From an uncultured Gammaproteobacteria bacterium (GTDB lineage: Bacteria > Pseudomonadota > Gammaproteobacteria > Chromatiales > Chromatiaceae), in contig CAWGNT010000026.1 of assembly GCA_963824085.1 (NCBI GenBank), positions 32,180 through 96,179 on the forward strand: 64,000 nt of DNA. Direction: 5' to 3'. Both the position numbers and the translations under genes were made by a program. This document shows, in pieces, positions 62,623 through 64,000 of the stretch; positions within the stretch are counted from its first letter, which is position 1, and each line of letters starts with the position of its first letter. Below the pieces are notes generated by a model. That model made no database searches. It saw only the letters and a program-made list of their open reading frames with translations, and was not told the origin of the DNA.

Positions 62623-64000
62623 CTACGCAATCGATTCGGTCCCCTGAACGAATGCACTTGTGTCTGCCGTGAGCTCCCGCAGCATGGACTCCGGCACGGT
62701 ATCGCCCCCTTGGGCGAGGGCCATCGCACGCATCACGAGCCCGGCCTGCTCTGGCGTGAGGGCACCCTTCGGGAGGGCTTCCCCGTACAGCCAGACGCCG
62801 GCCTGCTGGGGCGCCGGCGGGATCTCCTGTCCGGCACGGACCGCAGCGGCGGCCAGCAGGGCACTAAGCAGCAACTCCATCGCAGGGGCAGGGCATGCCT
62901 GCTGAATCAATACCTCGGCGCCCTGGAGCTTCTCGCGGGCCTGGCGCAGGAGCTGCGGCTCGCGCTGCGCTGCCGTTGTGGGCGGTGCCTCGAATAGGGT
63001 GCGGCTTTCGGCCACCGGAGAGCCGGCGCCCAGGCGCTGGAGTCCGTTGAGGGTGCGTAGGTCGATCAGGGCCACGGGGACCTGTTGAGAGATCGATGAG
63101 GCGGCACGGTCGACCTCTTCATCCACCTGGTCCACGACCGCAAGAAGGCCGCCGCCTGTGCTTAGGATGCGCTCGATACGGGGGCCGAAGGCGTCCTGGA
63201 GCGCCAGGATGGTGCGGCGTATCTCGGCCTCGATCTCGGACTCACCCCCCTGCTCGGGCGCAACGGCGGCAAAGGACGCGGCGGGTGCGACTTCGGGCTC
63301 CGGCCGCTCGTCGGGCGTTCCTCCGGCGTCCTCGGCGGCGCTCCTGGCTGCGGATGGGGCTTCGCCGGCGAGGTCCTCCGCCAGCACCTCCACCAGCTTC
63401 TTGGAGATGCCGACCACGTCCTCCGTCCCTTCCGGGTCCACCACATTGTCGAACAGATCGCGCTTGCCTTGGACCAGGGAAAGGACGCGCTCCTCGTACG
63501 AGCTCGCCGCCACGAGCAACAGGATCTGGACCTTCTCGGTCTGACCGAGCCGGTGGACGCGGGCGATGCGCTGATCGAGCACCGCCGGGTTCCAGGGAAC
63601 GTCGAGGTTGACCAGGACGGAGGCGCACTGGAGGTTGAGCCCGACGCCTCCGGCGTCGGTGGAGATGAATACCTGAACCGAATCGTCCCCGTGAAAGCGA
63701 TCGATGAGGTCGCCGCGCTTCGAGCTGGGGACGCCGCCGTGCAGCCGTACACAGCCGAGTCCCATGCGGCGCAGCCGGTGCTCGACCATCCGGGTCATCT
63801 GCTCCCATTGGGAGAAGACTACGGCCTTGAGGCCGGACTGGAGGCAAAGCTCCTCGAGGATGCTCTCCAGCTCATCGAGCTTGGGCGAGCCGACCGTCTC
63901 CTTGTCCACCAGTCCGGCCGCATCACACACCATGCGGGCCTGCTGGAGGGCGGCCAGCAGACGCTTCTCCTCGGACGGGGTGAGGGGGCGCTTCTTGGCG
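62623..64000 (-). CDS. SNF2-family helicase, C-terminal part (gene runs off the right edge)
   Basis: Helicase C-terminal motifs: VVFSQW, FISTDAGGVGLNLQ, WNPAVLDQRIARVHRLGQ. The frame stays open to 64000 (…AKKRPLTPSEEKRLLAALQQARMVCD). About 270 aa of C-terminal extension has no motif I recognise. Confidence 0.8.
   Translation of the reverse strand, partial: AKKRPLTPSEEKRLLAALQQARMVCDAAGLVDKETVGSPKLDELESILEELCLQSGLKAVVFSQWEQMTRMVEHRLRRMGLGCVRLHGGVPSSKRGDLIDRFHGDDSVQVFISTDAGGVGLNLQCASVLVNLDVPWNPAVLDQRIARVHRLGQTEKVQILLLVAASSYEERVLSLVQGKRDLFDNVVDPEGTEDVVGISKKLVEVLAEDLAGEAPSAARSAAEDAGGTPDERPEPEVAPAASFAAVAPEQGGESEIEAEIRRTILALQDAFGPRIERILSTGGGLLAVVDQVDEEVDRAASSISQQVPVALIDLRTLNGLQRLGAGSPVAESRTLFEAPPTTAAQREPQLLRQAREKLQGAEVLIQQACPAPAMELLLSALLAAAAVRAGQEIPPAPQQAGVWLYGEALPKGALTPEQAGLVMRAMALAQGGDTVPESMLRELTADTSAFVQGTESIA

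Overview
High-GC window (roughly mid-60s % by eye) with gammaproteobacterial-type synteny. About 75% is conserved core. It runs moeB-prmC-prfA-hemA (minus strand), then a TPR protein, ispE, tRNA-Gln, prs, rplY and pth. A FadL-type porin, a secreted SCP2-like protein and ugd follow. Next comes the translation/transcription supercluster: tRNA-Tyr/Gly/Thr-tuf-tRNA-Trp-secE-nusG-rplKAJL-rpoBC, then rpsL-rpsG-fusA-tuf, then the S10, spc and alpha operons through rplQ (15.5-47.9 kb). I saw no rRNA, CRISPR array, transposase or integrase. From about 48 kb the window becomes accessory, and this is the interesting part. (1) There is a putative sigma-54-wired sulfur module. A clade-D beta-carbonic-anhydrase-like enzyme, which I recall as resembling CS2/COS hydrolases, sits behind a near-consensus -24/-12 promoter. 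It is followed on the same strand by an FmdB zinc-ribbon protein and an NtrC-type enhancer-binding protein. Divergent from these are a YeiH-type putative sulfate exporter, a 4-Cys miniprotein and a fused SoxY-SoxZ carrier. (2) A previously unnamed (to me) family of about 150-bp palindromic elements has a conserved 52-nt core and covarying 23-bp arms. It occupies nearly every intergenic gap in 52.9-60.2 kb, with one more copy at 13.8 kb. (3) A heavily decayed nifS relic lies next to a ~40% GC island. (4) Two neighbouring genes carry apparent frameshifts. (5) An output-less heme-c (CxxCH) DUF3365-HAMP protein, a DUF4388 protein and a partial SNF2 helicase lie at the right edge. All functional calls come from reading translations and motifs by eye; no database search was possible. 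Family assignments outside the ribosomal/core genes, and all promoter calls, need confirmation.
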